Positions 24,001 through 36,176 of a DNA stretch of 64,000 bases are shown in pieces. The stretch spans positions 29,512,001 through 29,576,000 of the forward strand of contig NC_082727.1 of NCBI RefSeq assembly GCF_030144855.1. The letters are read 5' to 3'. Under the pieces are notes generated by a model. It did not search any database. It had not been told where the DNA came from and saw only the letters and a list, made by a program, of their open reading frames with translations. The DNA is from Hypanus sabinus (taxonomy: Eukaryota). Position 1 is the stretch's first letter; each line of letters begins with the position of its first letter. Made by a program: the position numbers and the translations under genes.

Positions 24001-27000
24001 AAATGGATATTCCTCATTCTGATACTGAAGATTCTGCCACTGAACAGACCTCGGCCTTCTGCCTGGGCTCACAGGCCATTGGTCATTACAAGAGACTGAG
24101 TGACCCCTCACAGGAGAGGGAACTTGCTAAGCTGCACAAAATGCTACCTGATAACATTGACAAATCAACTGGTCAGGGGAGTCGCTACGAAAAGGTTGCA
24201 GTACTACATTATCCGCCAGAGTCTGGCAGTCCAAAGCATGCTCTGTGGATGCGTTTTAGTGAAGACAGACTGGACGGTGGCAGAGAGAAGCTCATTTATG
24301 AAGACAGGGTTGACAGAACGGTGAAGGAGGCAGAAGAGAAGCTGACTGAAGTATCTCAGTTTTTTCGAGACAAAACAGAGAAGTTAAATGATGAACTGCA
24401 GTCGCCAGAAAAAAAGCCACACAAGAGGGAAGGAGTGCAAAACCATTCGGGGTTCAGTTCTGCTAGCAGCAGTCCAGAGAAGTTGCGGCTGTCTGACATA
24501 GCCAGTGACGAATGGGGCCAGGAGAGGCTGAATGAGCAGTGTCTCCGTAAATATTCGGTCCGTGCCGAGGAGAAGAGAGTGGCCAATGCACTGCTGGATT
24601 CTACTCAAAGGACTTGCTTGCCCCTCTCAGATGACATGAAACATAAAATGAAGCAGTGTGAAGATCTCTCACAAACATCATTTCATTTAAAACAAACCGT
24701 AAACAATATTCCGTATTCAGAGTCCGAGCCGGCTGTAACGCAGAAAGGCAGCAAATCCTCTCGATGCGCCCCCTTGCAAGACGGTGTTCAGGACAGTCAG
24801 CCTGACACCAAGCTGAGAAAAATGATTGTTCCTTGCTCTAGCACTCAAATTGTTGAGGAGGTGAAAGCAAACTTTGCAGAAAGGAACTTGCGAGATGATC
24901 CACTAAGTGTGTCTGTTAAAAGACTGCACGAAAGCAAGCTGCCAATCTACCAGTTCTCTTTAAAGGAGATCAATCAGAAGAAGTTGGAGCACGCAGCGGA
25001 AGGGGCCATTTCAACGGTGAAGGAAGTGCACTCCAGTAAGTTCAAGGACTTAAGCAATCTCGGAGGTTTTAACATGGGAACCGACACTGTATCGCCAGTA
25101 CTTCAGAAGGTGGTGGAGATTACGTCGCATGTGGCCACGACTCCAAAGCAGCTGGTGTTTAGCACAAAAGTTCAGCCTTCTGAAACGGCAGCACCATTGA
25201 GAAAAGATCCTGAACCTCAAGTAAAATTGGATAAAGAGAAAAAGGTGTACAGAACCTGGGAGAACTGTGGAAATTCCAATCGCAAATCACTTACGCATGT
25301 TCTTGTGCACGACAACCTGGTGGAACATGATGTGGCTCAGGCGGAGCTTAGATCCGACGGGCTGACGAGAGAAAAGTTCGGCCCTGTTATGGATAAGGAG
25401 CACCTGTCAAATAACAGGCACTTGATAAAGGAGACGGGGTCTCCGTCCAAGAAAGTGGGTTGCACAGAGCGAATTGTCAGAGACGGTGAGAGTTCTGGAG
25501 CTAAGCCTGCGAGAAAGGAGAATTCAGGTCCATCACAGATCCCAGTCAGAGTTCCTGAAGAAAAACCAAAAGTGATGTCAAAGATCCAGCCATGTAACGG
25601 TGGCCAGGTGAAACTCCACGAGACTGATGCCGTCATCAACATGTCTCGTGGTAGAGCCAGAAAGGGTCAACAGTTCAATGAAGCACCAGCAGCGAACATC
25701 CAGACCAGGGAATCCAAGGATAGTCAGTCCAGAGTTAGGGAAAGCACAGACAGTTGGCGGGAAGAACCGGAAACCTCCCCTGTCAAATCTCCTGACTCTC
25801 TGGAGCTTAGTCCTGTTAAAGATTCTTCGCTGAGCGAGTTCTTCGATCAGAGTCCAATTGAGTGTTTGGACAAAGCAGCACCTCTAGCAAGCATTGAAGG
25901 TTTTAAAGAAATAAAGGCTTTGCCTGTCTACATCAGTGTTGTTCAGATGGGGAAACACTATGAGAAAGAAGCAACAGGCCCTCAACAAGGAAGTCTTAAG
26001 CGAATAGTCAGCCAAGAGAGTAGGACAGTGCAGGAGACGAGGGGCACTTTTTATACCGTTCGCCAACATAAGCCGTCCCCCTCTCCTCAGGGTAGTCCAG
26101 AAGATGACACCTTGGAACAAGTATCACTTATAGAGAGTTCTGGTAAAAGTCCTCTTACGCCAGAAACACCCAGTTCCGAGGAAGTCAGCTATGAACTTAC
26201 TTGCCAGGTGCCATCCATACATGGAAAGCCTTGTCCAATTCCTGAAGTACCTGGAGAATCTGAGGAAGAAGAGGTGGTCAGAATCCCCTCCGTTAAGGAT
26301 GTGAGTGGATTTACAAGATCCCCAAAGCAGAGTGATTTAGACGGAAGTGACAAACGCCCAAAGGAAAATCGCGTAGCCTACATCGAATTCCCTCCGCCCC
26401 CTCCTATCAACACCTTGGATGCAGAGGTGCCCGAAATCAGGAAAAAAGACCGCTGTGCATCCATGGAGGATGAGCTGGACGTAATTGAGCTGAACTTGCA
26501 GGAAGAGCATGATAAACACTTCATGGCTGAGCCTGTCATCAGAGTGCAACCACCCTCCCCTATCCCGCCTGGGGCCAATGACAGTGATTCAAGCAGCGAC
26601 GAATCCATCTTCCAGCCAGCCCCCTTGAAAAAGTACACCTTCAAACTTCAGGACGACACTCCTCCCGGCTCATCAAAGCCGAAACCAAATGAGAAGCATG
26701 GCAAAGACGACGATCCCCAAGATGGCGATGAAAAGTTTGCTTTGGATGTTACTTCTGAGGCGGATGCAGTCCCGAATGGCAACAATGATCAGTCAGTCAC
26801 TGAGTGCTCCATAGCGACGACTGCAGAGTTCTCCCATGACACCGACGCTACAGAAGTTGACTCTCTCGATGGATATGACCTGCAGGATGAAGATGATGGC
26901 CTAACAGAAACAGACTCTAAGTCCTTGAATCAGGGAATAGAAAGCAAAATGGATGTTTGGGTCACTGAAGGGATATTGAAGCAGGGGGATCGTTCCTATA

Positions 27001-28752
27001 GCCAGGGTAAACTTGCAGTAATTGAGGAAGAAGGAAAGGTAGGCGCTGAAGAAGAAACACCCTTGCAGTCTAAAGCTCAGACTTCTGAAAAGAAAGGCGA
27101 AGGGAAACCTGATGGTAAACAAGGACCTGAGATCTTCACTTTGGAAGGCAGGCATCCTGACAGAACCGGGTTTAATGATACATATTTTAGTTACAATCTA
27201 GATGAAGAATTTGCAACCCCGTTTAAAACTGTTGCTACCAAAGGCCTTGACTTTGATCCATGGTCTAACGGCCGAGGAAACGATGAAGTCTTTGAAGCTA
27301 GGTTGAGAGAGGATGAGCAAAAAGCCTTTGGCTTAGCAGTAGAGGACAGGTCCCAAGCAACAACACCAGATACAACCCCAGCCAGAACCCCAACAGATGA
27401 GAGCACTCCAACTAGTGAGCCTAATCCCTTCCCATTTCATGAAGGGAAGATGTTTGAGATGACTCGCAGTGGTGCAATTGACATGAGCAAGAGGGATTTT
27501 GTTGAAGAAAGGCTCCAATTTTTCCAAATTGGTGAGCATACTGCTGAAGGGAAGTCAGGGGACAAGGGGGAAAGGGTTAAAAATACACTTGTAGTCACAA
27601 CATTGCCTCAGTCAGGGGAAAACACAACTGAGGCATCAACAGATGCACCACAAGTTGAGCACGAGAAAACCCAGACTAGCGGAAATGGTCTGGAATCGGT
27701 ATCCGGTGGCAACGCAGCGGACAAATCTTCATCAGCCACGGCTGCAAAAGTTGATCCCAAGTTACGCACGCCAATTAAAATGGGAATTTCTGCTTCTACA
27801 ATGACGATGAAGAAAGATACGGGTGCAACTGAGCTGGTTGAAGTTAAAGCTGATACTGTGCTGTTAGATTATCAGATTTCAGAACGTGCAGTGCTAGAAA
27901 TAGCTACAGTTGAGACTAGAGCTATGAGTCAGGAATATATTATAGAAAATGACAGCACTGATTTGCCTTTAAGTTATAATATAGACAAGTTTGATGCCCC
28001 AGTCCCAGAAACTGACTGCGCTATGGATATTAGTCAGTCTGAAGCCAAACCAACAATTGAACCAGTTGTCCACACAGAAGAGAAAAATCTAGGTTCCTTG
28101 ACAGCCCCAACAGCTGATGTAGCAAAACTTGTTAAGCACGTTGCTGAACAAGTAAAAAAGCCCAAATCGAGACTTCCAGTAAAAGCAACCATGGCCCCAC
28201 TGTCAATTCCTCATACAGATCAGAAAATGGCAGCATGCAAGATGAAACAGCCTAGGAAGAATGAGTTAAAGGCAAAAACAGATCCTCCTAAATGTTGTGA
28301 GACAAAATCTAGAATTCCTATTAAAAATAATGACAAAACTAATATGCCTCCACTGACAGTATCCCAGTCCAGTATAGAGCAAGGGCAGATAGCAAAAGTA
28401 AAGTCTAAGCAATCTTATTCCAGATTGCCAGTTAAGGTAAGATCTAGCAGTACCACAGCTAAATCAAGTAGAACAAGCAAAGGGCAGGCAAGTGAGGTTT
28501 GTAAACATTCATTTGGATATTTTAAAGGGATTAGCAGTGAGGCAATGAAACTTGTGGATCGACATGCCAATGAAGAGAAAAAAGGGCAGCCAGAGATCTC
28601 TGATGAAGACAGCACTCCGAGAAATGGATCTTTATCGGAAGCCGGCCTGCCCTCCATTGCATCGAGGTCTAGAGATATGAGACCAGAGGCAGCATCTTTA
28701 AAATCAAAGGTTGAAAAGGTCTACAGTGAGACAAGGAACAGTAAAAGGACTG
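21004..28752 (+). CDS. ANK3: ANK3 giant neuronal exon (480-kDa ankyrin-G insert: Ser-rich domain plus tail)
   Basis: aaaag|AAATCATTGAACGA is in frame with the 2518-aa ORF. Donor ACTG|gtgggg gives 7749 nt, phase 1 to 1; an alternative donor lies at 28815. Conserved blocks: SQEILKDVAEMKEDL, DKSPLSDSGFETRSEKTPSAPQS, YEDRVDRTVKEAEEKL, EGKMFEMTRSGAIDM. Confidence 0.97.
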
Positions 28753-29370
28753 GTGGGGAGGAGAACAGTCAGGTTTCTGGGCCTCGCGTGGCTCGCACCG
28801 CGGAGATCAAGCCTAGTTTGTAAAACTTTCGACTTGTTGATCTTTAGTGCATGACTCTTTGTGATTGCCTGTGGTGTGATTTACCCTTAGCTGCCATGCT
28901 GTCATTGTCGTCTGTGTTGTCTCGTATCCCCCACCCCCCCCGTTTTCTCCAGTGTAATCCCAGTAGTTATAGTAAAGCATGCCAACCAACATCTAGCAAA
29001 AGGCATTAAGCCACATCCTTGCTGCCGTCCAACAATTCTTCTTAAGTCAGACGAGCAAGTGCAACACTTTTATAAGTACTTTTATTAACTGCATATACAG
29101 TTTATTCATTACCTCCAGTTACACAACATTTAGCAAAGTTCTTGGGTGTTTTCAGCATGTTCAAGTTCATTATCTATGTTACACATACATTTTTTTTTAC
29201 ATTAATTTGAAGTTGGACCTTGTCACTGATTGCAGTAGAATTTACAATTGTGTAGGTCACGAGGGTGTGTTTATTTGTTTAACATGGGCACGAGTAGATT
29301 CTTGACCTAAGTTTGGATGTTTTATGTATTACTTGGAATGTTGCTCTAATTCCATGTTTAAAAACTGCAG

Positions 29371-29445
29371 GCCCTCAGAGTCCATGTGAAAGGACAGATA
29401 TAAGGACAGCCATAGTAGCAGATCATCTGGGACTGAGCTGGACAG
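29371..29445 (+). CDS. ANK3: ANK3 exon, death domain part 1 (PQSPCERTDIRTAIVADHLGLSWT)
   Basis: ctgcag|GC...ACAG|gtaaga; 75 nt, phase 1 to 1. Skipping the giant exon gives EPGMSPQSP in frame. Confidence 0.97.
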
Positions 29446-30169
29446 GTAAGATGAGCTTGTTACCTTCTTATGCCCTCAAGAACAAAGGAAATCCTGACTG
29501 ACGTTTTACATCCTGATGCATGCTTGAAACAATTAAGACAGATCTGTTCAAGTCCAGCTGCTATTTGAAAATACTGCAAGTGCTGAAACAAATGGATGAG
29601 ACATTTTTCTAACCTGGGCCTTATAGCTGAAGCTAAGAGTAAACCAGTAAGTAAGTTATGCTAAACAAATCTGAAGTACTTGTTAGATGTCATTCAGTAC
29701 ACGGTGTCCAGGATTAGGTGCCGTGCTTTTGGAAGAATGGCAAGACCATGGAGATGATGCGGAGAAAATTCACTAGATTGGTACCAGGGATGAAGTATTG
29801 ACTCACATAGGAGATTAATGAAGCAGGAATTGTGAACATTTTAAAGAAAGAAGATTAAAGGGGAGGTACAACAGAAGTGTTTAAAAATCAAAGTATTTTC
29901 ATATTGGTTCCATTGGTAAAGGGTAATCAAATGCAGATACAAGATGATTGGCAAGAGACCTGTGGGTTATTAGGTAGCATTTCATATCTGGGAATGCATT
30001 AACCCCGGTAGATCTGACAAGACCCTAAGTAGACCCTAGATCTGATAACTTTTCCAAAGAATATTAGAAATTGTGCAAGCTTAGGGGGATAATTTTGAAA
30101 AGCTGGATCAGGCATAGTGGACTAAGTGAGCTTTGTGTATGCTGTGATCACTTAGCACTATTCCAGACA

Positions 30170-30755
30170 AAATATCTGCCTTAAATACACCCAACAACTT
30201 GGCCTCCACAGCTGCATGTGGCAACAAATTCCACAAATTCACCACCCTTTGGCTAAAGAAATTTCTCCCCATCTCTGTTTTGAAAGGGTGCCCCTCCATC
30301 CTGAGGCTGTGCCCTCTTGTCCTAGACTCTCCCACCATGGGAAATATCTTTTCCACATTTACTCTGTCTAGTTGTTTCAACATTCGAAAGGTTTCAATGA
30401 GATCCTCCCTCATCCTTCTGAATTCCAGCAAGTACAGACCCAGAACTATCAAATGTTCCTCGTATGATAACCCTTTCATTCCCGGAATCATCCTTGTCAG
30501 CCTCCTCTGGACCCTCTCCAATGCCAGCACATCTTTTCAAAGATGAGGGGCCCAAAACTGTTCACAATACTCAAGATGAGACTTCAGTGCGTTATAAAGC
30601 CTCAGCATCACATCCCTGCTTTTGTATTCTAGGCCTCTTGAAATGAATGCTAACATTGAATTTGCTTTCCTCACCACCAACTCAACCTGCATGTTAACCT
30701 TCAGGGTGTTCTCTGCAAGGATCCCAAGTCCCTCTGCATTTCAGATTCCTGGATT
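30170..30755 (-). mobile_element. CR1 ORF2 C-terminal fragment
   Basis: LERVQRRLTRMIPG...RTRGHSL...FFSQRVVNLWN. Confidence 0.85.
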
Positions 30756-32279
30756 TACCATCTGGCCTCCTACAGCATTCCAATAACACCTACCGTAAGA
30801 TTGAGATACAGCGCTTCATCTTCCAAATAGGCCCAACAGAATCCCCAGGATTCCATGTCAATTACATTCAGATCACCAATCTTCCCTGGCTCTAATGTAA
30901 GACCATCTCTGACTAATCTTCAGGGTATTTCTAGCATGTTCTTTTTTTTTAGATTTCCAGTAACTCTTCAATTTACATCTCAGTGTTCCAGAATCTTTTT
31001 TTTTAGTTTTAGTTCTCTCTTCAACTGCCCTCATTCACAGCACAAGCATTGCATCGGCTGGGCAATCTTAGTCCACAACCTATCTCAGACATTTCTTCTG
31101 TTCAGTCTGCCCTTCCGCTCTTAAACCACAGTTGTTTTCTCACTTTTTCCGATGTTCATTTTTAAATTCTGTGACTCATTCACCGGGGCTTCTGGGGTCT
31201 TGTGAGTGTATCTCTCTCCATTTCTTATCAGGAATCAGAAGACCAAAATCCAGATACACACAGTAGCCACTTTATTAGGTAACTCCTGTAGCCCACCCAC
31301 TTCAAGGTTTAATGTGTTGTGCGTTCAGAAATGCTTTTCTGCACATCACCGTTGTAGCACGTAGTTATTTGTGTTACTGTCATGTTCCTGTCAGCTTGAG
31401 GTAGTCTGGCCATTCTTATCTGACTGTTCATTAAGAAAGTATTTTCACCCACAGAACTGCTGCTCATTGGATTTTTTTTTGTTTTTTACACCATTCTCTG
31501 CAACACACTGAAGACTGTTGTGCGTGAAAATCCCAGGAGATCAGCAGTTTTGGAGATGCTCAATCCACACCCTCTAGCACCAACAATAATTTCACAGTCA
31601 AAGTCACTTAGATCACATTTCATCCCCATTCTGATGTTTGGTCTGAACAACAACTGAACCTCCTGACCATGTCTGCATGCTTTTCTGCACTGAGTTGCTC
31701 CCACATGATTGGCTAATTAGATATTTGCATTAATGAGCAAGTGTACCTAATAAAGTGGCCACGAGGTGTACAGTATTACATTTCACAACTAAAATGAAAC
31801 ATGGTCACAATAGCATTAACAAGGATGCCTGCCGCCCTGAATTCCTTTCTCTTGTCTTCCACCCTCTGGGAAAAGATACAGGAGCTTAAGAAACCCAGAT
31901 GTCCTGAGTCAAGAACATCTTCTTTTCCACCGCTATCAGACTTCTGAAACACTCACGTCTTTCACATCCCATCGCTGACGGTGCTGCCATGTTCTCAGAC
32001 TCTTTCTTCCACATCTCTTGGACATTCCAATCTGTTACAATCTTCGTGCCGTTATGTTGCTTTGAACTCATTGCTGTATTTGTCAATGACATGTGTCATT
32101 GTTTACTCTGCGGGTTTCCACAAGCAACGAATTTCATTGCACTCTGGTGCGGATGACAATAAACTAACCTTTTCTTGTTTTGACGAAGGGTCGTGAACGT
32201 GACATATTAACGCTCCTGCTCCCTCCACAGATTCTGCCTGACCTGCTGAATGTTCTGTGCATTTAACAAAAAAGAACTA

Positions 32280-33790
32280 CCGTAGATTCCGGACTACAGA
32301 GCGCACCTGATTAAAAGCCGCACGCTCTAATTTTAGAGAGAAAATCAATTTTGTTCTTGTACAGGCCGCACCGGATTTTAAGCCGCAGGTGTCCCACGTT
32401 GTAATATGAGATATTTACACAGAAAGATATTACACGTGAGGATTTTTTAACTTTTAATTAAATCCGTATGGTAACATAAACAAATACATATTGCAAATGC
32501 TTTTTTTTGAACAGTGCCTGTAACACAGCTACTTTTAAATATACATACGTATCGGTAACACACAAATTACGTTGCATATACTTTTATACTGAACAGTGCA
32601 CGAACAACATTCCAATATCTCCTAACAACTGGTAAAAAATATATATATACTGCAGCCTACCAGGAAAAGTTATTGATCGCCTTTAACTTAAAAGCTGCAT
32701 CATATGCTTTTCTTCGAGTGTTTTCCATGTTGATTAGGGTGAGTACAAATGACTGATTTACAATAATTTAATTGTGGAAGTGCGTTTGATTTATCGTACA
32801 ATTTCATTGGACCTCTGTGAACTACTCATCAATTTTATTGGTCTTGCTATGATCCCAGCCCCCTCCTTTGTGAGAATCGCAAGAGCACCCGTCGAGGGGA
32901 GGGGGGGGTCAGTAGACCCAGGAAGTGAGAGAGAGAGAGAAATGTGCCAAATTGCACATCCCACCCGGGATACAGAATAAGACGACAGCGACTATTGTCT
33001 CATGGAGACCACGTGAAAAGCCCTCGGGCAAGGTGGGCTGGTTGAGAGAGAGATTGCATCATCCCAACCTGATTGACACCTGCGACCCCATGAGGAAGTA
33101 TAAAGGAGAGTCTCGGGGACAGCCCCTCAGACGCACCAAGAAGACACTAGAGTATTCCCGCAGCAGCGGGAAGCCATTCTGAAGGAAGCCACGTGCGTTA
33201 GATTCCGGGATTGGAATTTGTGGCTGGAATCACAGAAAACCGCTTTTAACTAACATCGGGGCGAGGAAACCAACGTTCCCCCGATTTCACGGAAGATTCA
33301 TCAAGACTCGGCAAGTTCTTTCTCTTCTCCCCCAATCTCTCTCTCTCGGTCGCCCCACGTGAAACCCAGCGATTTTCAAAGGGCTGAGGCCTGCAGACTT
33401 TCTGAGTGACTTTTATATTTCCAACGGACAATCTATTAACCCCTAGACAACAGCAGAGCTCACTTCTTAATGATGATTATTACTATACCCGCGCTTTAGA
33501 TTGAGTGTTGACAATGTGCACTATCTGAATGTATGTATTAACCCTACTTTTGTGTCCCTTTATAAATAAAACGTTTGAAAATAGTGACATCAGACTTCAA
33601 CGGACCTCTCTATCTTTACTGGTAAGTTCTCCAGTTACGGGATTCATAACAGTCTACTGTTACGAGGCAAAATGTTTTTGGCGGCATGAAAAAAAAACAT
33701 GCATTAGCCGCACCGTAGTATAGGCCACAGTGTTGCTGCAGTGTTCAAAGCGTGGGAAAAAAGTAGCGGCTTATAGTCCGGAATTTATGG
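32280..33790. mobile_element. Non-autonomous pogo/Tigger-type (Tc1/mariner) DNA transposon
   Basis: TIRs: ccgtagattccggacta at the left, reverse complement ccataaattccggacta at the right. TA on both sides (32278-79, 33791-92). Confidence 0.82.
32845..33651 (+). mobile_element. Solo LTR (807 bp) nested in the pogo/Tigger element
   Basis: TG...CA ends with inverted termini (tgctatgatccc / gggattcataaca), 4-bp TSD gtct, TATA-like gtataaag near 33098, AATAAA near 33565. Confidence 0.85.
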
Positions 33791-34361
33791 TAGTTAAATG
33801 CGAGAGTGAAGTTTCTCTTCATTTAGTTGCAGGTTGTTAATAAGTGATTCCATGTCTGCAGTATTATAGCGTACATCAGTGAAATAAGCATTTCAGATTG
33901 ATGATTTTTCATCAGAATTGTGCCCTGATGAAAGGACCTCAGTCTGAAATAGATTTTGCAGATGCTGGAAATCCAGAGCCACACATTCCTCCCCCTTTCC
34001 TTTCCAGTCCTGATGGAGCATCTTGGCCTGAAACACCATCTGTCTTTTCCCCTGCGTAGATGTTCCCTGACTTGCTGTTTTCTTCCAGAATTTGTGTATT
34101 AGTCTGTATTAGTAGCTCCTTCTCCCTCCACAGTTGGTTTCTGAACCCTCAAGTACATGCAACTTTTTCTGTTTTTATTGCGATTTTCATCATTAGTATT
34201 ACTTAATGTTTAACAAAGAGTATTCCCAGTCTGTCATAGGAAAAGCCCTCCTCACCACTGAACACGCTTACATGAAGTGCTGTCACAAGAAAGAAGCATC
34301 TCTCATCAAAGAACCCCTTCAGCCGGGCCATGGTCTCCTCTCAGTACTACCATCTTACCAT

Positions 34362-34469
34362 TCCACACCACCAGGAGTGTCAAGTCCCACGCCACCAGGA
34401 GCGTCAAAGTCCCACGCCACCAGGAGCGTCAAGTCCCACACCACCAGGAGCTTCAAGTCCCACACCACC
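34362..34469 (+). repeat. 24/25-bp minisatellite, left arm (about 4.5 units)
   Basis: Unit aagtcccac(a/g)ccaccaggagcgtc read directly. Confidence 0.9.
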
Positions 34470-34615
34470 GGGGGGACGTCACGTGATGACGTAGGATCGA
34501 GACGCTGGAATCCAGCCCTCCCGTAAAAAAGTTAATAAATCAATGTCAAAGTGAAGAAAAGTTAATTAATACTTTTTTAAGGTTACTTATAAACTAGTCC
34601 GGATTGTTTTAAGCT

Positions 34616-35719
34616 ATGCCTCATAAACAGAGGACGAAGAAAACTGCTACCGCGAAGACCGCTCAAGTTGGAACAGAATCAAGGCCTACTTCTACCGAAG
34701 AACCGCGGACTCAGGTACAACACACCACCGGTGAAACAGAAAAGGAGACTGCGGCAGCATCGGCCATTTCTAAAGGGAAAGATCAACGAGAACTGCGCAA
34801 GCGTAAAGGAACGAGCATGCGCAAAAGAGAACAACCAGAACTACAAATCCCAGCAACGACTGAAACCGACAGTGAAAGTGAGTCTGAGAGAGAGACGGAC
34901 TCTCTGGAAAAATCAGATGAAGATGGAGAAGACGAAAGTTCCTCTGAAAGTACAAAAAAGACTTTGAGGCAAATAATGCATAAATTAAAGGCATTAAAAG
35001 TAATTAAAAGTAACCAAAAAGTAATGACACAAAAAATAGCAAACATGGAGGCTATGTTTGATAAAATGACAAAGAAACAGGAAAAAATGGAAAAGAAAAT
35101 TATAGATTTGGACGTCAGAATGGAAGATATGGAGGGAAGAATGAAGAAGATGGAAGATGATAATGACGCCTGGACATCAGAAAGAAAACAACTCGTGGGA
35201 AAAATTGATAAACTTGAAAATTTTAGTAGACGCAATAATATTAAAATTGTTGGACTTAAAGAAGGTACCGAAGGAGAAGACCCAATAAATTTTTTTCAAA
35301 AATGGATTCCTGAAAAATTGGAAATGGGAGAAGAACCTTTAATTGAGATTGAAAGGGTGCACAGAGTTTTAAGACCAAGATCTCAAGATGATCAAAATCC
35401 GCGATCAATTTTGATAAGATGTTTAAGATACCAGGATAAAGAAAAGATTTTGAGGGCGGCTGCCCAGGGTGCTAAAAGAAGAAAAGGTCCGTTGATGATA
35501 GCTGAGAAACCAGTTCTTTTTTATCCTGATATAAGTTATAACCTTTTGAAGAGAAAGAAAGAATTTAACCCAGCTAAAAAGGTTTTGTGGGAAAAAGGTT
35601 ATAAGTTTTCAATGCGTCACCCAGCAACACTGATAATTTTTTTGGAGGAAGGAAAAAGATTTTTTTCTGACTATCAAGATGCGGAGGTGTTTGCACAAAG
35701 ACTTCCATCTATTCGTTGA
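34616..35719 (+). CDS. L1 ORF1p (coiled coil, RRM, CTD), 367 aa
   Basis: LENFSRRNNIKIVGL, IEIERVHR, PRSILIR, FYPDIS motifs of L1 ORF1 (Transposase_22-type). Confidence 0.93.
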   Translation: MPHKQRTKKTATAKTAQVGTESRPTSTEEPRTQVQHTTGETEKETAAASAISKGKDQRELRKRKGTSMRKREQPELQIPATTETDSESESERETDSLEKSDEDGEDESSSESTKKTLRQIMHKLKALKVIKSNQKVMTQKIANMEAMFDKMTKKQEKMEKKIIDLDVRMEDMEGRMKKMEDDNDAWTSERKQLVGKIDKLENFSRRNNIKIVGLKEGTEGEDPINFFQKWIPEKLEMGEEPLIEIERVHRVLRPRSQDDQNPRSILIRCLRYQDKEKILRAAAQGAKRRKGPLMIAEKPVLFYPDISYNLLKRKKEFNPAKKVLWEKGYKFSMRHPATLIIFLEEGKRFFSDYQDAEVFAQRLPSIR

Positions 35720-36176
35720 TTAAAAGCGGAGATTTCTAAATGTAATGGTTAAAGACGAAGACAGAGAAAGTAAATGGAACTGATGGACATTTAAGGACGA
35801 TATAAGGGAGAAAAGTAATATTTTAGAAATATTAATTGAGAATGGTATGTTTTTTTTTTATATATATATATCTTTCATGTTGCGGGGGGGCTGGGGAGCT
35901 TTGAATCGGTTACTACGGGATTCACGTGTGTAATCATGGCGATTGCCATGACCCGTACAATAGAGGGGGGTAATGTTGTGTTTCTTTTTTTTCACAACAT
36001 TAGTAGGGGGGTATTTTGTTTTTTTCTTTATTTTCTATTTTTCTTCTATTCTTTTGCCTGGATGATTGGTGGGGACACACATAGCAACATGGAGACTTCT
36101 AAAAAGATTTCCCAGGATATAATGAGAGTTGAAAGATTAGGTATTATTATAGATTGGAGTAACATAAATAAAAATA

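Noticed and set aside
21267-28823. 2518-aa ORF as a stand-alone intronless gene
   Set aside because: The frame is open upstream to the acceptor at 21004, and phase-compatible splice sites link it to the flanking ANK3 exons.
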